Assembly (NCBI GenBank): GCA_035527835.1
Contig: DATKZS010000116.1
Coordinates: forward strand, 19,984 to 83,983
Source of the DNA: a bacterium
GTDB taxonomy: Bacteria; RBG-13-61-14; DATKZS01
DNA length: 64,000 nt
Reading direction: 5' to 3'
A program made the position numbers and the translations under genes. The first letter of the stretch is position 1. The number at the start of each line of letters is the position of its first letter. This document shows, one piece after another, positions 29,177-41,024 of this stretch. The notes beneath the pieces were generated by a model. That model searched no databases and was not told where the DNA came from. It saw nothing but the letters and a program-made list of their open reading frames with translations.

Positions 29177-29695
29177 TTACTCCTTGTTCGCCGCCAGGGC
29201 CTTTTTCCGCTGCCGGACGTAGCGCTGCCTTTTGAGCTTGCCGATGTGGTCTATGTAGAGCGTGCCGTGGAGGTGGTCTATCTCGTGCTGGAGCACGCGG
29301 GCGAAGAAGCCCTCGGCCGTGATCTCGACTTCCTCCCCTTGGAGGTCCTTGCCCAGGACCACGATGCGCACCGCCCGCTCCACCTCGGCGCGGAACTCGG
29401 GCACCGACAGGCAGCCCTCCTCCGCGGTCTCGGTCTCATCGCTTAGCTCGATGATCCTGGGGTTGACGATGACGATGGTGTTCCTGGCCTCCTCGGCGCT
29501 GGACACGTCGGCCACCAGGACCTGCTTGAGCGCGCCCACCTGGTTGGCGGCCAGGCCCACGCCCGGGGCCTGGTACATGGTGTCGGTCATGTCCCGGATC
29601 AGCTTCTCGATCGCCGGGTTGATCCCGTCGAGCGGCCTGGCTTTTTCCTTGAGCACCGGGTCCGGGAATTCGAGGATGCGGAGCAGCGCCATCAT
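29177..29695 (-). CDS. def: Peptide deformylase
   Basis: GVGLAANQVG, EGCLS, QHEIDHL. Confidence 0.96.
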   Translation of the reverse strand: MMALLRILEFPDPVLKEKARPLDGINPAIEKLIRDMTDTMYQAPGVGLAANQVGALKQVLVADVSSAEEARNTIVIVNPRIIELSDETETAEEGCLSVPEFRAEVERAVRIVVLGKDLQGEEVEITAEGFFARVLQHEIDHLHGTLYIDHIGKLKRQRYVRQRKKALAANKE

Positions 29696-29706
29696 GCACT
29701 CCGGGA

Positions 29707-32151
<2,445 letters not shown>

Positions 32152-32420
32152 TTAACAATTTCCTCCTGATTTTATCCGGATCCGAGCGGGAAATTCACGG
32201 AAAAAAGGACATCATCCGCTTATATCATAAGGGTATCATCAAACGCCCTTTTTTGCAAGAGAAAAATGCAAGGGAATGAATTATTTTATCGTTATTTATC
32301 AGGGAGTTATACCGATCAGGAAAGTGCCGGGCGCGGGCTCGCGAAAAAAACCGAAAAACCTTTAAATTCCCAGCTTTTTCGTGCTTAAAAAGAGGCTTGG
32401 AAATCAGCCTGGCGCGGATG

Positions 32421-33602
32421 CTATTCCGGACCCATCGGCCCGGCCCCGGCCGATGGTTCCACGGCCCAGGCCTGGGCCGGTCGGCCGGTCTGTTCGCTGT
32501 ATCGTCTCAGGACTTCGGCCCGGAATTCGGGTGCGCGGTCCCTCTCCACCAGCGCCAGCAGGCACCCGCCCCAGCCGGCCCCGCAGATCCGCACGCCGTA
32601 CACCCCCGGCAGGGCGGCGGCGAGGTCGTGGAGGGCGTCGAGCTCGGGGATGGAGTTCTCATAGTCGCCGCGCGAGCTCTCATATCCCTGCTCCATGATC
32701 CGGCCCAGCGCGGGCATGTCTCCGGACTTCATGGCCTCGCCCGCTTGGCGCACGCGCTGGTTCTCCGTCACCACGTGCCGGGCCCGGCGGTACAGGGTAT
32801 GGCCCAGCGCCTCCCTCGATTCTTCCAGGTCGGCCAGGGACGCGTCCCGGAGCGCCTTGATGTCCTGGCGGCTCTTTCTCAGGACCTTGACGGCCTCGGT
32901 GCACTCCCGGACCCGCTCCTGGTATTTCCCGGCCACCAGCGCCCGCCCCAGCCCCGAGTCTATCACCATGAGCACCGCGCCCGCCGCGAACGGGACCGTC
33001 TCGAAGTCCAGGCTGCGGCAGTCGAGGAGCAGGGCCTTTTTCTCGCTCCCCATGAACACCGTGAACTGGTCCATGATCCCGCAGGGCAGGCCCACGAAGA
33101 GGTTCTCCGCCCGCAAACAGAGCTGGACCCGCTCCCACGGCGGCAGCTCCGTGTCCGTCACCCCCAGCGCCGCCTCGCACGTCACCGCCTCCAAGGCCGC
33201 CGAGCTGGACAGGTTGCCGCCCACCGGGATCTCGCCGTGGACCACCAGGTCAAGCCCGGAAAGACCGACCTTGAGATCGAGCAGCTCCCGGATCACGCCC
33301 TTGGCGTAATTGGCCCAGCCGTGCTCCGGGTCATTGGCCAGCTTGTCCTTGTGAACCCGGACCTCCAGCCCGGTGTTGAGCGAGTACAGGTTGAGAACCC
33401 CGCCCTCCCGCGCCCGCGCGCCCGCCAGGATGTCCTTGTCCACCGTGCACGCCAGGATCAAGCCCTCGTTATAGTCAGTGTGCGAGCCCATCACGTCAAC
33501 CCGGCCCGGCGACCGGAAAAAAACCGCCGGACCCCGCGCCCCGAACCGCGCGTCCAGCTCCTTTTCGATCAGCCGCATCCGTTCCGAGATCTCCATCCCC
33601 AC
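32421..33602 (-). CDS. galK: Galactokinase-family GHMP sugar kinase with an atypical substrate motif
   Basis: PVGGNLSSSAA, CGIMDQ, GAGWGG; substrate motif PGRVDVMGSHTDYNEG. Confidence 0.8.
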   Translation of the reverse strand: MGMEISERMRLIEKELDARFGARGPAVFFRSPGRVDVMGSHTDYNEGLILACTVDKDILAGARAREGGVLNLYSLNTGLEVRVHKDKLANDPEHGWANYAKGVIRELLDLKVGLSGLDLVVHGEIPVGGNLSSSAALEAVTCEAALGVTDTELPPWERVQLCLRAENLFVGLPCGIMDQFTVFMGSEKKALLLDCRSLDFETVPFAAGAVLMVIDSGLGRALVAGKYQERVRECTEAVKVLRKSRQDIKALRDASLADLEESREALGHTLYRRARHVVTENQRVRQAGEAMKSGDMPALGRIMEQGYESSRGDYENSIPELDALHDLAAALPGVYGVRICGAGWGGCLLALVERDRAPEFRAEVLRRYSEQTGRPAQAWAVEPSAGAGPMGPE

Positions 33603-33625
33603 TCCAATTGTAAACGCTCAGTCCC

Positions 33626-33780
33626 TGGAGCTGGTTTCATAACCCTCCCAAGCATCCCCAACAAGAAGATCAGGAACAAGGATGTTAAGGATTTCAAGGA
33701 TAAATCCGGGACTTTTCTTATCCTGATTATCCTTAATATCCTTGTTTCTTATTCTTGAAATGGTTATGAAACCGGTTCTA
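33626..33780. mobile_element. MITE-like element A, copy 2 (empty-site allele for element B)
   Basis: Ends TGGAGCTGGTTTCATAACCC ... TGGTTATGAAACCGGTTCTA; internal CAAGGAT/ATCCTT nonamer hairpin; a single TCTT at 33753-33756. Confidence 0.7.
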
Positions 33781-34683
33781 CCTCTCCGCGCACCAATGAG
33801 TCAAGTCACGGTCTAAAAGCGCGCTCAATTCCTCGACCTCCGGCAAAAATTCGCGCTGGAGGGACCGCAGCAAGTCCTCCTCGATCTCCGGGCGCGTCTC
33901 GCTCGGCGTGTTCAGACGCATCGCGGTCCGTCCCGGGTGCCAGCCCTTGGGGACCAGGAGCCGCCTAAGCTTCCACGCCAGCGGCGGCGGGCTTTGTAGA
34001 AAGCGGTGCAGGCTGAGGCTCCGTGGCCGCTTGCGCACGTTTACCGCCTTGAGCTCGGGCGCGAAGTCGTCGCGGACTTCGAGGAACCGGAGCACGTTTT
34101 TGTAGGTGAGCGCGGGGTCACGGGCCAGGTCATCGTAAATTATGATGTGGACCCGGTCTTGCCCCAGAACGTCTTGCCACCTTTTCACGTGGCGCGTGAA
34201 TTTCACGGTCTCGCGGTAGAACACGGGGGCCACCGGCGTGGTCCCGTCGGGCCGGAGCCGGGGCCGTTTCCTTTCTTGCTCCGCGCCCAGCGCCGCGCGG
34301 AAATCGCGGATGGTCTCGTCGCCGATCAGCAGGAGCTTGGCGTGCAGGGAAAAGATCATGTCCACCGGGTTCCGGAGCATGATGATGGCCCGGGAGGCCG
34401 GGTTGAACTCCAGCATCTCCCGCGGCGCCGACTCGGAATACAGATACCATACCGAGGCCTCGCCGCAGCGCTTCTGGCCGGCCGCCGCCCGGAATTGCTC
34501 CAGGTATTTCTCCCGGTCCTGGTGATAGGCCGAGGCCGATTTGAGGTCCGCGCCGAAAAAGTGCATCTCCTTGACCGGGGGGATGTAAATCTCCGGATGC
34601 CGCCCGAGCCAGGCATTGAGTGAGGTGGTCCCGCAGCGCGGCGCGCCCACGATAAAGAAATCAGGTATGGTCATCCTTGGCAT
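33778..34683 (-). CDS. PAPS-dependent sulfotransferase
   Basis: PDFFIVGAPRCGTTSL (5'-PSB loop), GEASVWY, RNPVDMIFS (3'-PB). Confidence 0.9.
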   Translation of the reverse strand: MPRMTIPDFFIVGAPRCGTTSLNAWLGRHPEIYIPPVKEMHFFGADLKSASAYHQDREKYLEQFRAAAGQKRCGEASVWYLYSESAPREMLEFNPASRAIIMLRNPVDMIFSLHAKLLLIGDETIRDFRAALGAEQERKRPRLRPDGTTPVAPVFYRETVKFTRHVKRWQDVLGQDRVHIIIYDDLARDPALTYKNVLRFLEVRDDFAPELKAVNVRKRPRSLSLHRFLQSPPPLAWKLRRLLVPKGWHPGRTAMRLNTPSETRPEIEEDLLRSLQREFLPEVEELSALLDRDLTHWCAER

Positions 34684-34722
34684 CCCGGCCGCGTGAGGCT
34701 CGAGGAGTAATGGCGGAACCCC

Positions 34723-35643
34723 CTATTCGAACCATGCCTCTCCATCACCGCCCAGGTCGGTCAGGCGGGGAAGGTGCAGGTCTTCGAACTTCACTTTGAC
34801 ATAGACCCTGCGCACTTCCTCGGCATAGGTCTTTTCGTCCGGAAAGGTGAAATTGACCTTATAGGTGCGCAGCCCGTCCATCTCGTCCATGTAATGCCTG
34901 CCGTTGATCTCGACCCAGGCATGCCCGATGTAGCGGCCATTGCTTCCGCCGGGAGAGCGGATCCCCGGGAACGTGCCGGAAGCCGGGAGGTCCTCGTCGG
35001 CGTCAAGCTTCCTCACTCCCAGAAACCACCGCGCCGGCACGCCGTAGGCCCGGAGGAAATGGTAGAGCACCAGCGAGCGCCGAAAGCACATGTGGTTGCG
35101 CTGGCTCGGGTATTGGTTGAGAATGGCCACGATGTAACCGTTGATGCGCCGCATCTTCTCCTCTAATTCCGGCATAACTGGTATTTCGAAAATGCGGTCG
35201 CCCCTGTTGATGCGCCATTTTTCCCATTCCGCTTCCGGGGGAATGGTCGTATGGGGCCAGGTGGAGGGAGTGATGGCCTTGAGGAAGCCGGGCATGGAGT
35301 TGTGCTTGTAATTATAAGGGACCAGCACCGCGCTCCACAGCGCCACGCGGCAGAATAGAAAGGACTGGCCGAAGGTGCGGACGTTCTCCCGGTACCAAGC
35401 CCACGACGCCCGAGCCTTGCCCAGAAGCTCCCAAGCCCACTTCAAAAGCCGCCGATATTTTCCCGGGTTGAGCAGCACCAGGATGCAAATCAAACAAAAA
35501 ATTATGGGCAGCGCCTGCAGATAGTCCCTGTCCTCGCCGCTTGGCAGCTTCGCGAGGTACGACGACAACCGCAGCTCCACGTAGATGGACGCCGCCATGC
35601 CGGCGACGGCGAACGCGGAGATGATGATATTCTTCTTCTGCAC
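34723..35643 (-). CDS. Lasso-peptide B2-like transglutaminase-fold peptidase with two N-terminal TM helices
   Basis: CFRRSLVLYHFLRAYGVPARWFLGVR ... GHAWVEING (Cys/His); two hydrophobic N-terminal segments; GAGGA RBS. Confidence 0.8.
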   Translation of the reverse strand: MQKKNIIISAFAVAGMAASIYVELRLSSYLAKLPSGEDRDYLQALPIIFCLICILVLLNPGKYRRLLKWAWELLGKARASWAWYRENVRTFGQSFLFCRVALWSAVLVPYNYKHNSMPGFLKAITPSTWPHTTIPPEAEWEKWRINRGDRIFEIPVMPELEEKMRRINGYIVAILNQYPSQRNHMCFRRSLVLYHFLRAYGVPARWFLGVRKLDADEDLPASGTFPGIRSPGGSNGRYIGHAWVEINGRHYMDEMDGLRTYKVNFTFPDEKTYAEEVRRVYVKVKFEDLHLPRLTDLGGDGEAWFE

Positions 35644-35654
35644 CTTTCAATTCC

Positions 35655-37220
35655 TCACGGGATCAGCGGGAAGAACTCGGACAATACCGGGGGCATGAGC
35701 GCCGGCGTCCGGTTATAATGGCCGTCCGCGAGGAAGCTGATCCTCTGGTTGAACACCGTGGGCGCGTAATCGCTGATCGGGGTGTACTGCAGGTCGGTCC
35801 AGGCCGAGTTGTGGAACCGGTCATAAAATAGCCGGGAACCGTCCGCGCTGAAGCAGGGGAAGTTGGGGTTTCCGGCCGCGGTGTCCACCACCCTGGTTAT
35901 GTCCGGCACGTCGGGCAGCGTGGTGTCGCCGCTCAGCTCCGCGAAATCGAAAATGGCCAGTCCGCTGAACACCGGGGGCCAGGAGACGTCGCCGTCCCAC
36001 TGCCGGAGCTCGGTGTTGACGACCACGTGCCGCGAGTCCGGCCCCCACCCGAAGTCCCACGGCACGAGCCGGTAATACTTCCCGTCGGGCTTGAGCGCGC
36101 CCTTGTTGCCCCGGATGAAGACCACGGGAGAGCTGAGCGAGTCGCCGGTCGCCGGGTCCATATCCGAGTACACCCATTGCACCACGCCGTCGGAAGCCCG
36201 GTTGCCCCGCATGATCATGTATTTTCCGTCCGGCGACCATCTGGGGATCAAGAGCTGGTCGCCTACAAAACCGTAGTTGTGTCCGTTGAACAGCATCTTC
36301 TGTGTTCCGGCCGCGAGATCGTAGAGGCAGATGTCCGTAGTGGTGCCCGGCTGGCACTCGGGCTGGCAGTCGTAGGCCAGCAAGCGGCCGGAGGGGTTGA
36401 AGCTCACGTCGGAGGCGAACGACATGCCCCGCGACAAGCGCGTGAGGTTCGACCCGTCCGGATGGGCCGCGAACACCTGGAGCCGCGTGGCCACCGTGCT
36501 TCCGCACATGACCACGTCCGCGAAGCGCTCGAAGGCGATCCATTCGCGGCCCGGCGACCAGACCGGGCTCACGTTGTCGTAGATTGAGCCGCTGGTCACG
36601 GCCTGGGCGTCGGCGCCGTCGGGCCGGACCGTGAATATTTCCTTGGGCTTGCCCGCCCCGGGATTGGCGCGGTCGGACATGAAGGCGATGCGCTCGCCGA
36701 TCATGAAGAAGTGGAAATAGAGTTTATATCCGTCGGGGCCGGCCGGAGTGAGCTTTACGGTCATTGGCGACGGAGTCCCGGGAACCAGCGGCCCGGCCAC
36801 GAAGATATTTTCTCCCCTCCCGTTGACCACGGTGGGTCCGGCGGCCAGCAACGTCCCGGCGCTGGTCCATAATTTGAACCATGCCATGTCCAGGGCGTCG
36901 CCGGCGGTGGCCTCGATGTTAAAGGCGACCCGCGACCCGTCCGGGCTTACGGCCACGTTGGTGAGCCTGATGCGGTTGTTGACGAGATAGGCGTCCACCC
37001 CGGGATACCACCATGGCCGGCTGCTGTTGGACGGTGTTGCCTGTCCGAGGAATCCGCCGGCATCGGGGGTGACGGTGATGACAATGGGGACCGGGTCCGA
37101 TGGGGGGGGCGGGAAAAACGGCGACCCGCCATCCCCCGAGCCGTCGTCCAAGCAGGAACCCAACAATACCAGCAAGCAGGCAAGTAAAACCGTAGCTAAG
37201 CGCCCTGTTTTGCTTTTCAT
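35655..37220 (-). CDS. Lipoprotein with TolB-like (PD40) beta-propeller
   Basis: Lipobox LLGSC; IAFMSDR, IFTVRPDG, SPVWSPG..IAF, SFNPSG, PRWSPDG, WGPDS, CFSADG repeats. Confidence 0.85.
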   Translation of the reverse strand: MKSKTGRLATVLLACLLVLLGSCLDDGSGDGGSPFFPPPPSDPVPIVITVTPDAGGFLGQATPSNSSRPWWYPGVDAYLVNNRIRLTNVAVSPDGSRVAFNIEATAGDALDMAWFKLWTSAGTLLAAGPTVVNGRGENIFVAGPLVPGTPSPMTVKLTPAGPDGYKLYFHFFMIGERIAFMSDRANPGAGKPKEIFTVRPDGADAQAVTSGSIYDNVSPVWSPGREWIAFERFADVVMCGSTVATRLQVFAAHPDGSNLTRLSRGMSFASDVSFNPSGRLLAYDCQPECQPGTTTDICLYDLAAGTQKMLFNGHNYGFVGDQLLIPRWSPDGKYMIMRGNRASDGVVQWVYSDMDPATGDSLSSPVVFIRGNKGALKPDGKYYRLVPWDFGWGPDSRHVVVNTELRQWDGDVSWPPVFSGLAIFDFAELSGDTTLPDVPDITRVVDTAAGNPNFPCFSADGSRLFYDRFHNSAWTDLQYTPISDYAPTVFNQRISFLADGHYNRTPALMPPVLSEFFPLIP

Positions 37221-37221
37221 C

Positions 37222-38244
37222 TCAGGACCCCTTCTTCTTCCCGGACCTGCTCCAGGGGTTGTCGGGAAGGGCGTCGAGCCATTCCATCTTCTTGAAATAA
37301 CGGGCGCAGGCCAGACACTGGAAATGGTCGGTCTCTCCGAGGTCGCCCTTGCCGATGCGGCCCAGCCGTTTTTTCTGGAAGGCGCTGATCACGTTGATAA
37401 GTTTTTTCTGGGCGTCCCACAGGTCCATCTTATTGAGGTCGGCGACGACCTCCGGCTCCGGGTGCTTTACGCTCCGGGCCCGGAAGCCGGGGAGCATGCA
37501 GCAGACGCAGAGCCGGCCCTTCACGTCCACGTACAGGTCCATCATGGTGAGCGACGAGCAGGTATAGAGGCTCTGCTTGACGTAGGTGCCCGCGTTCATG
37601 GCGATGGGGGTCTTGAGCTCGCTGGCCATCCGGTACACCGCCGACTCGGCCCTCCGATAATCCGCGGGTTCCGGGATCAGGCCCGCGGCCACGTTGTCGG
37701 GCGTGGGCAGCGTGAGCGAGAACTCGATCCGCTTGAGTTCCAGGTGGGACAGGCTCAGCGCCGCCTGCTCCAGGGAGTCCAGGTTGTGCCGCCCGATGGT
37801 GTACTTGACCACCACCGGGATCCCCGCCCCCTTGAGCATGACGATGGCCTGCATGACCTTTTTGAACGAGCCCTCGCCCCGGATCAGGTCGTGCAGCTCC
37901 GCCTCGTACCCGTCCAGGCTCACCGCCACGTGCTCGATGCGGCACTTCACGTCCGGCCGCTTGAGCAGGCCAAGGCGCTTGGGAATCAGGTGGCCGTTGG
38001 TGACCAGGGAGAAGATGTAGTCATGCTCGGCGAGCAGGTCGAGGAGCCGGCCAAGGTGAGGGTAAAGCAGCGGCTCGCCGCCGGTGATGCCCGCGTTCTG
38101 GACCCCGTAGGCCTCCTTGGACTGGCGAAGGATGCGCTCCGCCAGCGCGATCGGAAAGTCCCGGTTCCGCTCCGAATCATCGCGCAGGCAGTGCCGGCAA
38201 TGCAGATTGCAGCGGTTGGTGATCTCGAAGGTGACCCGGTTCAT
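37222..38244 (-). CDS. Radical SAM protein with SPASM/twitch-type C-terminal cysteines
   Basis: CNLHCRHC, ITGGEP, VSLDG; C-terminal C-x13-GRLCVCC and CLAC; start 38244 by ATGA overlap. Confidence 0.9.
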   Translation of the reverse strand: MNRVTFEITNRCNLHCRHCLRDDSERNRDFPIALAERILRQSKEAYGVQNAGITGGEPLLYPHLGRLLDLLAEHDYIFSLVTNGHLIPKRLGLLKRPDVKCRIEHVAVSLDGYEAELHDLIRGEGSFKKVMQAIVMLKGAGIPVVVKYTIGRHNLDSLEQAALSLSHLELKRIEFSLTLPTPDNVAAGLIPEPADYRRAESAVYRMASELKTPIAMNAGTYVKQSLYTCSSLTMMDLYVDVKGRLCVCCMLPGFRARSVKHPEPEVVADLNKMDLWDAQKKLINVISAFQKKRLGRIGKGDLGETDHFQCLACARYFKKMEWLDALPDNPWSRSGKKKGS

Positions 38245-39290
38245 TGCCCCGCCTCCGCCCGGTCCAATGCCAGGTCCCGCGCCCGTTCCACCAGAGAGCG
38301 GGCGAGCGCCGGGTCTCCCTTGACCTCCGGCCCCGTGAACAGGCGGAAGCCCCGGCCGTGCCGCGCCATCCGCTTTAAAGCCTCCAGATGCGCGGCCGCG
38401 GTCGCCGGGTTGAACATCACCGATAGACTTTGCGGCAATAGAATGTTTAATGCCTGGGACATGGACAGCGGTTCCATACCCGAGTCTCGATCCCGGATAC
38501 AAGGAAACAATATTACACGCGGATTCAAGAGCCCGTCAAGCCGCATCCCGGGAAAGCACCGGTCCGGAGGCAGGAGCTTCCGGCCGCGCCGCGCACCGAA
38601 ATCGGGAAGGTCCCGGTACTCCCGTAAACGCTCGTGGTCCTCGACCAGGTCGGAGGGCAGATGGAAATCCCGCGCGAACCCCAGAGCCTCAACGTCCCGA
38701 TCCCCGCGAAGACGCAGGAAGATCGTGTCGTCGGACAGGAACTTGAAGCCCGACTGGATCAGCGCCAGCGTCAAACTGGTCTTGCCCGAACCCGCGTTCC
38801 CGCTGAGCACGTAGCCCGTCCCGTCCGGACCCGCGAGCGCCGAGGCGTGCAGATAGTACAGCCCGTGCCACCGGAGCGCCTCGAATAACGTGAGCGTGAA
38901 GAGCATGGCCACGAAGGAGTTGAGACCGTAGTCCTTGACCGTCGCCGGGCTCAGGTTGCCGCGCACCGCGCGGCCCCCCGGCTCCACCGTGAGCGTCGAG
39001 AAATAGTCCGTGAAATACATCCGGCCCGAGAGGTAATAACACCGGATGGAATCGTAAAGCAGCACCCGCTTGGCGTGAAGCGGGACCGGATACATAACGT
39101 CGCCGGAAACGATCTCGATGGCAATCCCGGCCCCGCCGCCGGGCAGGACCGGCGCCGCATAGACCTTGAGATGGTCCCGGATCCGCTCCCGCGCCTCCCC
39201 GTGATCGCAATTCAGGGCCACCGGGACCCCGTGGACCAAAAAAAACAGCCGGTCCTCGGCCTCCCGCGCTATCGCCGATCCCCTCGCCAT
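38241..39290 (-). CDS. HPr kinase-related P-loop kinase
   Basis: YLHASAL, SGNAGSGKTS (Walker A), FLSDD. Confidence 0.85.
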   Translation of the reverse strand: MARGSAIAREAEDRLFFLVHGVPVALNCDHGEARERIRDHLKVYAAPVLPGGGAGIAIEIVSGDVMYPVPLHAKRVLLYDSIRCYYLSGRMYFTDYFSTLTVEPGGRAVRGNLSPATVKDYGLNSFVAMLFTLTLFEALRWHGLYYLHASALAGPDGTGYVLSGNAGSGKTSLTLALIQSGFKFLSDDTIFLRLRGDRDVEALGFARDFHLPSDLVEDHERLREYRDLPDFGARRGRKLLPPDRCFPGMRLDGLLNPRVILFPCIRDRDSGMEPLSMSQALNILLPQSLSVMFNPATAAAHLEALKRMARHGRGFRLFTGPEVKGDPALARSLVERARDLALDRAEAGQ

Positions 39291-39303
39291 ACCCTTAATG
39301 CTG

Positions 39304-39332
39304 ATTCTAGTTAATGGGCAGGGAAATGTAAA
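39304..39332 (-). promoter_or_regulatory. Putative sigma70 promoter of the kinase-rSAM operon
   Basis: Minus strand TTTACA-17 nt-TAGAAT, ending 13 nt before ATG 39290. Confidence 0.6.
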
Positions 39333-39390
39333 GCGGGCGGGGAGAGCATTCTTGATTCATCTTGGCGGCCTTGGCGGCTGGGCGTTCCTC

Positions 39391-40143
39391 TTATGCCTCA
39401 CGCGCCCTCGCCAGCTCCACGAGCCGGCCCGGAAAGTCCGAGATGATGCCGTCAACCTTCAGCTCGAGCAGCCGCTTGATCTCCTCCGGCTCGTTCACGC
39501 CCCACGGGATCACCTTGATCCCGCGCTTTTGCTGCCGCCGCATGTATTCCCCGTCCACCTGCCCCGGCTGCGGGTGCTTCGAGTACGGCTTCAATAAAGG
39601 AGCGAACCACACCCGCCGAAGCTCCCGGATCCGGTCCGCGATGTAGTTCGAGCCCGTCCTCACCCCCGGCTCCAGAATCTTCACCCGCCGCAGCATCAAC
39701 GGATTAAAACTCGAAATGATCACCCGGTCCAGCAAACCCCGCTCCCGGACCAGCTTCAGCACCACCTCCTCGATCCCCTCGTTCAAAGGGTTCAGACCCT
39801 TGATCTCGATGTCCAGGATCATCTGGCCGCCGAAGCGATCGAGGACCTCGGCCAGCACGGGGATGCGCTCGCCCGCGAACCGCGCGTGAAAGTGGCTGCC
39901 CGCGTCCAGCCGCGAGAGCTCCGCGAAGTTCATGGACTGGATGGCGCCGTGCCCGCCCGCGATCCGGTGCAGCGTCAGGTCATGCGCGCACACCGGGATG
40001 CGGTCGCGCGTGAGCAGAACGTCAATCTCGAAGCCGTGCGCGCCGCTCTCCCGGGCCTTCTCGAACGCCGGCCAGGTGTTCTCCGGCGCTTCCCCGGCCG
40101 CCCCGCGATGGCCGAGGAGCAAGGGACAAGGAAAATCGCTCAT
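39391..40143 (-). CDS. Glycerophosphodiester phosphodiesterase
   Basis: GHRGAAGEAPENT, EIDV..TRD, HD.TL, DIEIK, SSFN, DGIISD. Confidence 0.92.
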   Translation of the reverse strand: MSDFPCPLLLGHRGAAGEAPENTWPAFEKARESGAHGFEIDVLLTRDRIPVCAHDLTLHRIAGGHGAIQSMNFAELSRLDAGSHFHARFAGERIPVLAEVLDRFGGQMILDIEIKGLNPLNEGIEEVVLKLVRERGLLDRVIISSFNPLMLRRVKILEPGVRTGSNYIADRIRELRRVWFAPLLKPYSKHPQPGQVDGEYMRRQQKRGIKVIPWGVNEPEEIKRLLELKVDGIISDFPGRLVELARAREA

Positions 40144-40622
40144 GGCGCCGGCTTGACCTCCGGACCGATCTCGGCGATGATCTCGATCCCCACGCTCGCC
40201 CGGCCCGGAAGCTCCGCCACCCCCACCGCCATCCGAGCGTGCCGGCCCGCGTCCCCGAAAATCTCCACCATTACCTCCGAGGCCCCGTTCACCACCTGCG
40301 GCTGGCCCGTGAAACCAGGGCTCGACGCCACGCTCCCCGTAAGCTTCACGATCCTTTTCACCCGGTCCAGGTCACCCACCGCGGCCTTCAGAACCGCCAC
40401 CGCGTTCAGCGCCGCCAGCCGGGCCGCCTCCCGCGCCCGCTCCACCGAAACCTCCGAGTCAACCTTGCCCGCATAACGCATCTCGTCGCCAAAGCGCGGA
40501 AGCTGGCCCGAAACGAACACCAGCGGCCCCGCCGTCACCGCCGCCACGTACGCCCCCATCGGCGCCGGCGCCGGTGGCAGCTCGATCCCCCGCGCCTTGA
40601 TCCGGTCCTCAACCTCTCCCAT
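40140..40622 (-). CDS. RidA/YjgF-family protein
   Basis: P.GAYV, VFVSGQLP, VNGAS, GRHARMAVGVAELP; AAGGAGG RBS; start re-picked at 40622. Confidence 0.9.
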   Translation of the reverse strand: MGEVEDRIKARGIELPPAPAPMGAYVAAVTAGPLVFVSGQLPRFGDEMRYAGKVDSEVSVERAREAARLAALNAVAVLKAAVGDLDRVKRIVKLTGSVASSPGFTGQPQVVNGASEVMVEIFGDAGRHARMAVGVAELPGRASVGIEIIAEIGPEVKPAP

Positions 40623-40789
40623 GGCTTGCCTCCTTATCCTTCTTCCGGCCGCCGCCGGCCCGCCTTGAATTATATCTTGACTTTGGCCCGCCGCCAAAAA
40701 TTCACCGCCAAAAATATTTCCCCGAAGGGGGACCAGATGATCCTTTCCTCATCCGGCGAGCCGACGCCCGGAGATCGTGAAAATTTTTC

Positions 40790-40873
40790 GAGACGGGATT
40801 AACAGGATTTACAGGATGAAAAGAAACAAAAGGCGTATTCCGAAAATCCTGTAAATCCTGTTAATCCCGTCTC
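40790..40873. repeat. Perfect 28-bp inverted repeat built from nonamer units
   Basis: GAGACGGGATTAACAGGATTTACAGGAT (40790-40817) and its exact reverse complement (40846-40873). Confidence 0.9.
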
Positions 40874-41024
40874 CGAATTCTCTGAAAAAAACTGAAGTTC
40901 TGACCCAGCAGTCACCTGCGGCTGCTCACATTCCCGCCATTTGCGGAGTTCCGAAAACTTGAAGCGAAAAGGACAGAAGGCTCCGTGCATTTTAAAGTGG
41001 ATGATACTTGCAGCATGAACCGCT

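Noticed and set aside
32152-32420. Replication origin in the AT-rich region upstream of gyrB
   Set aside because: No TTATCCACA-type DnaA box cluster seen and no dnaA nearby
39307-39360. 17-aa ORF MNQECSPRPLYISLPIN upstream of the kinase as RiPP precursor
   Set aside because: No RBS, it overlaps the predicted operon promoter, and it lacks a recognisable leader or lasso motif
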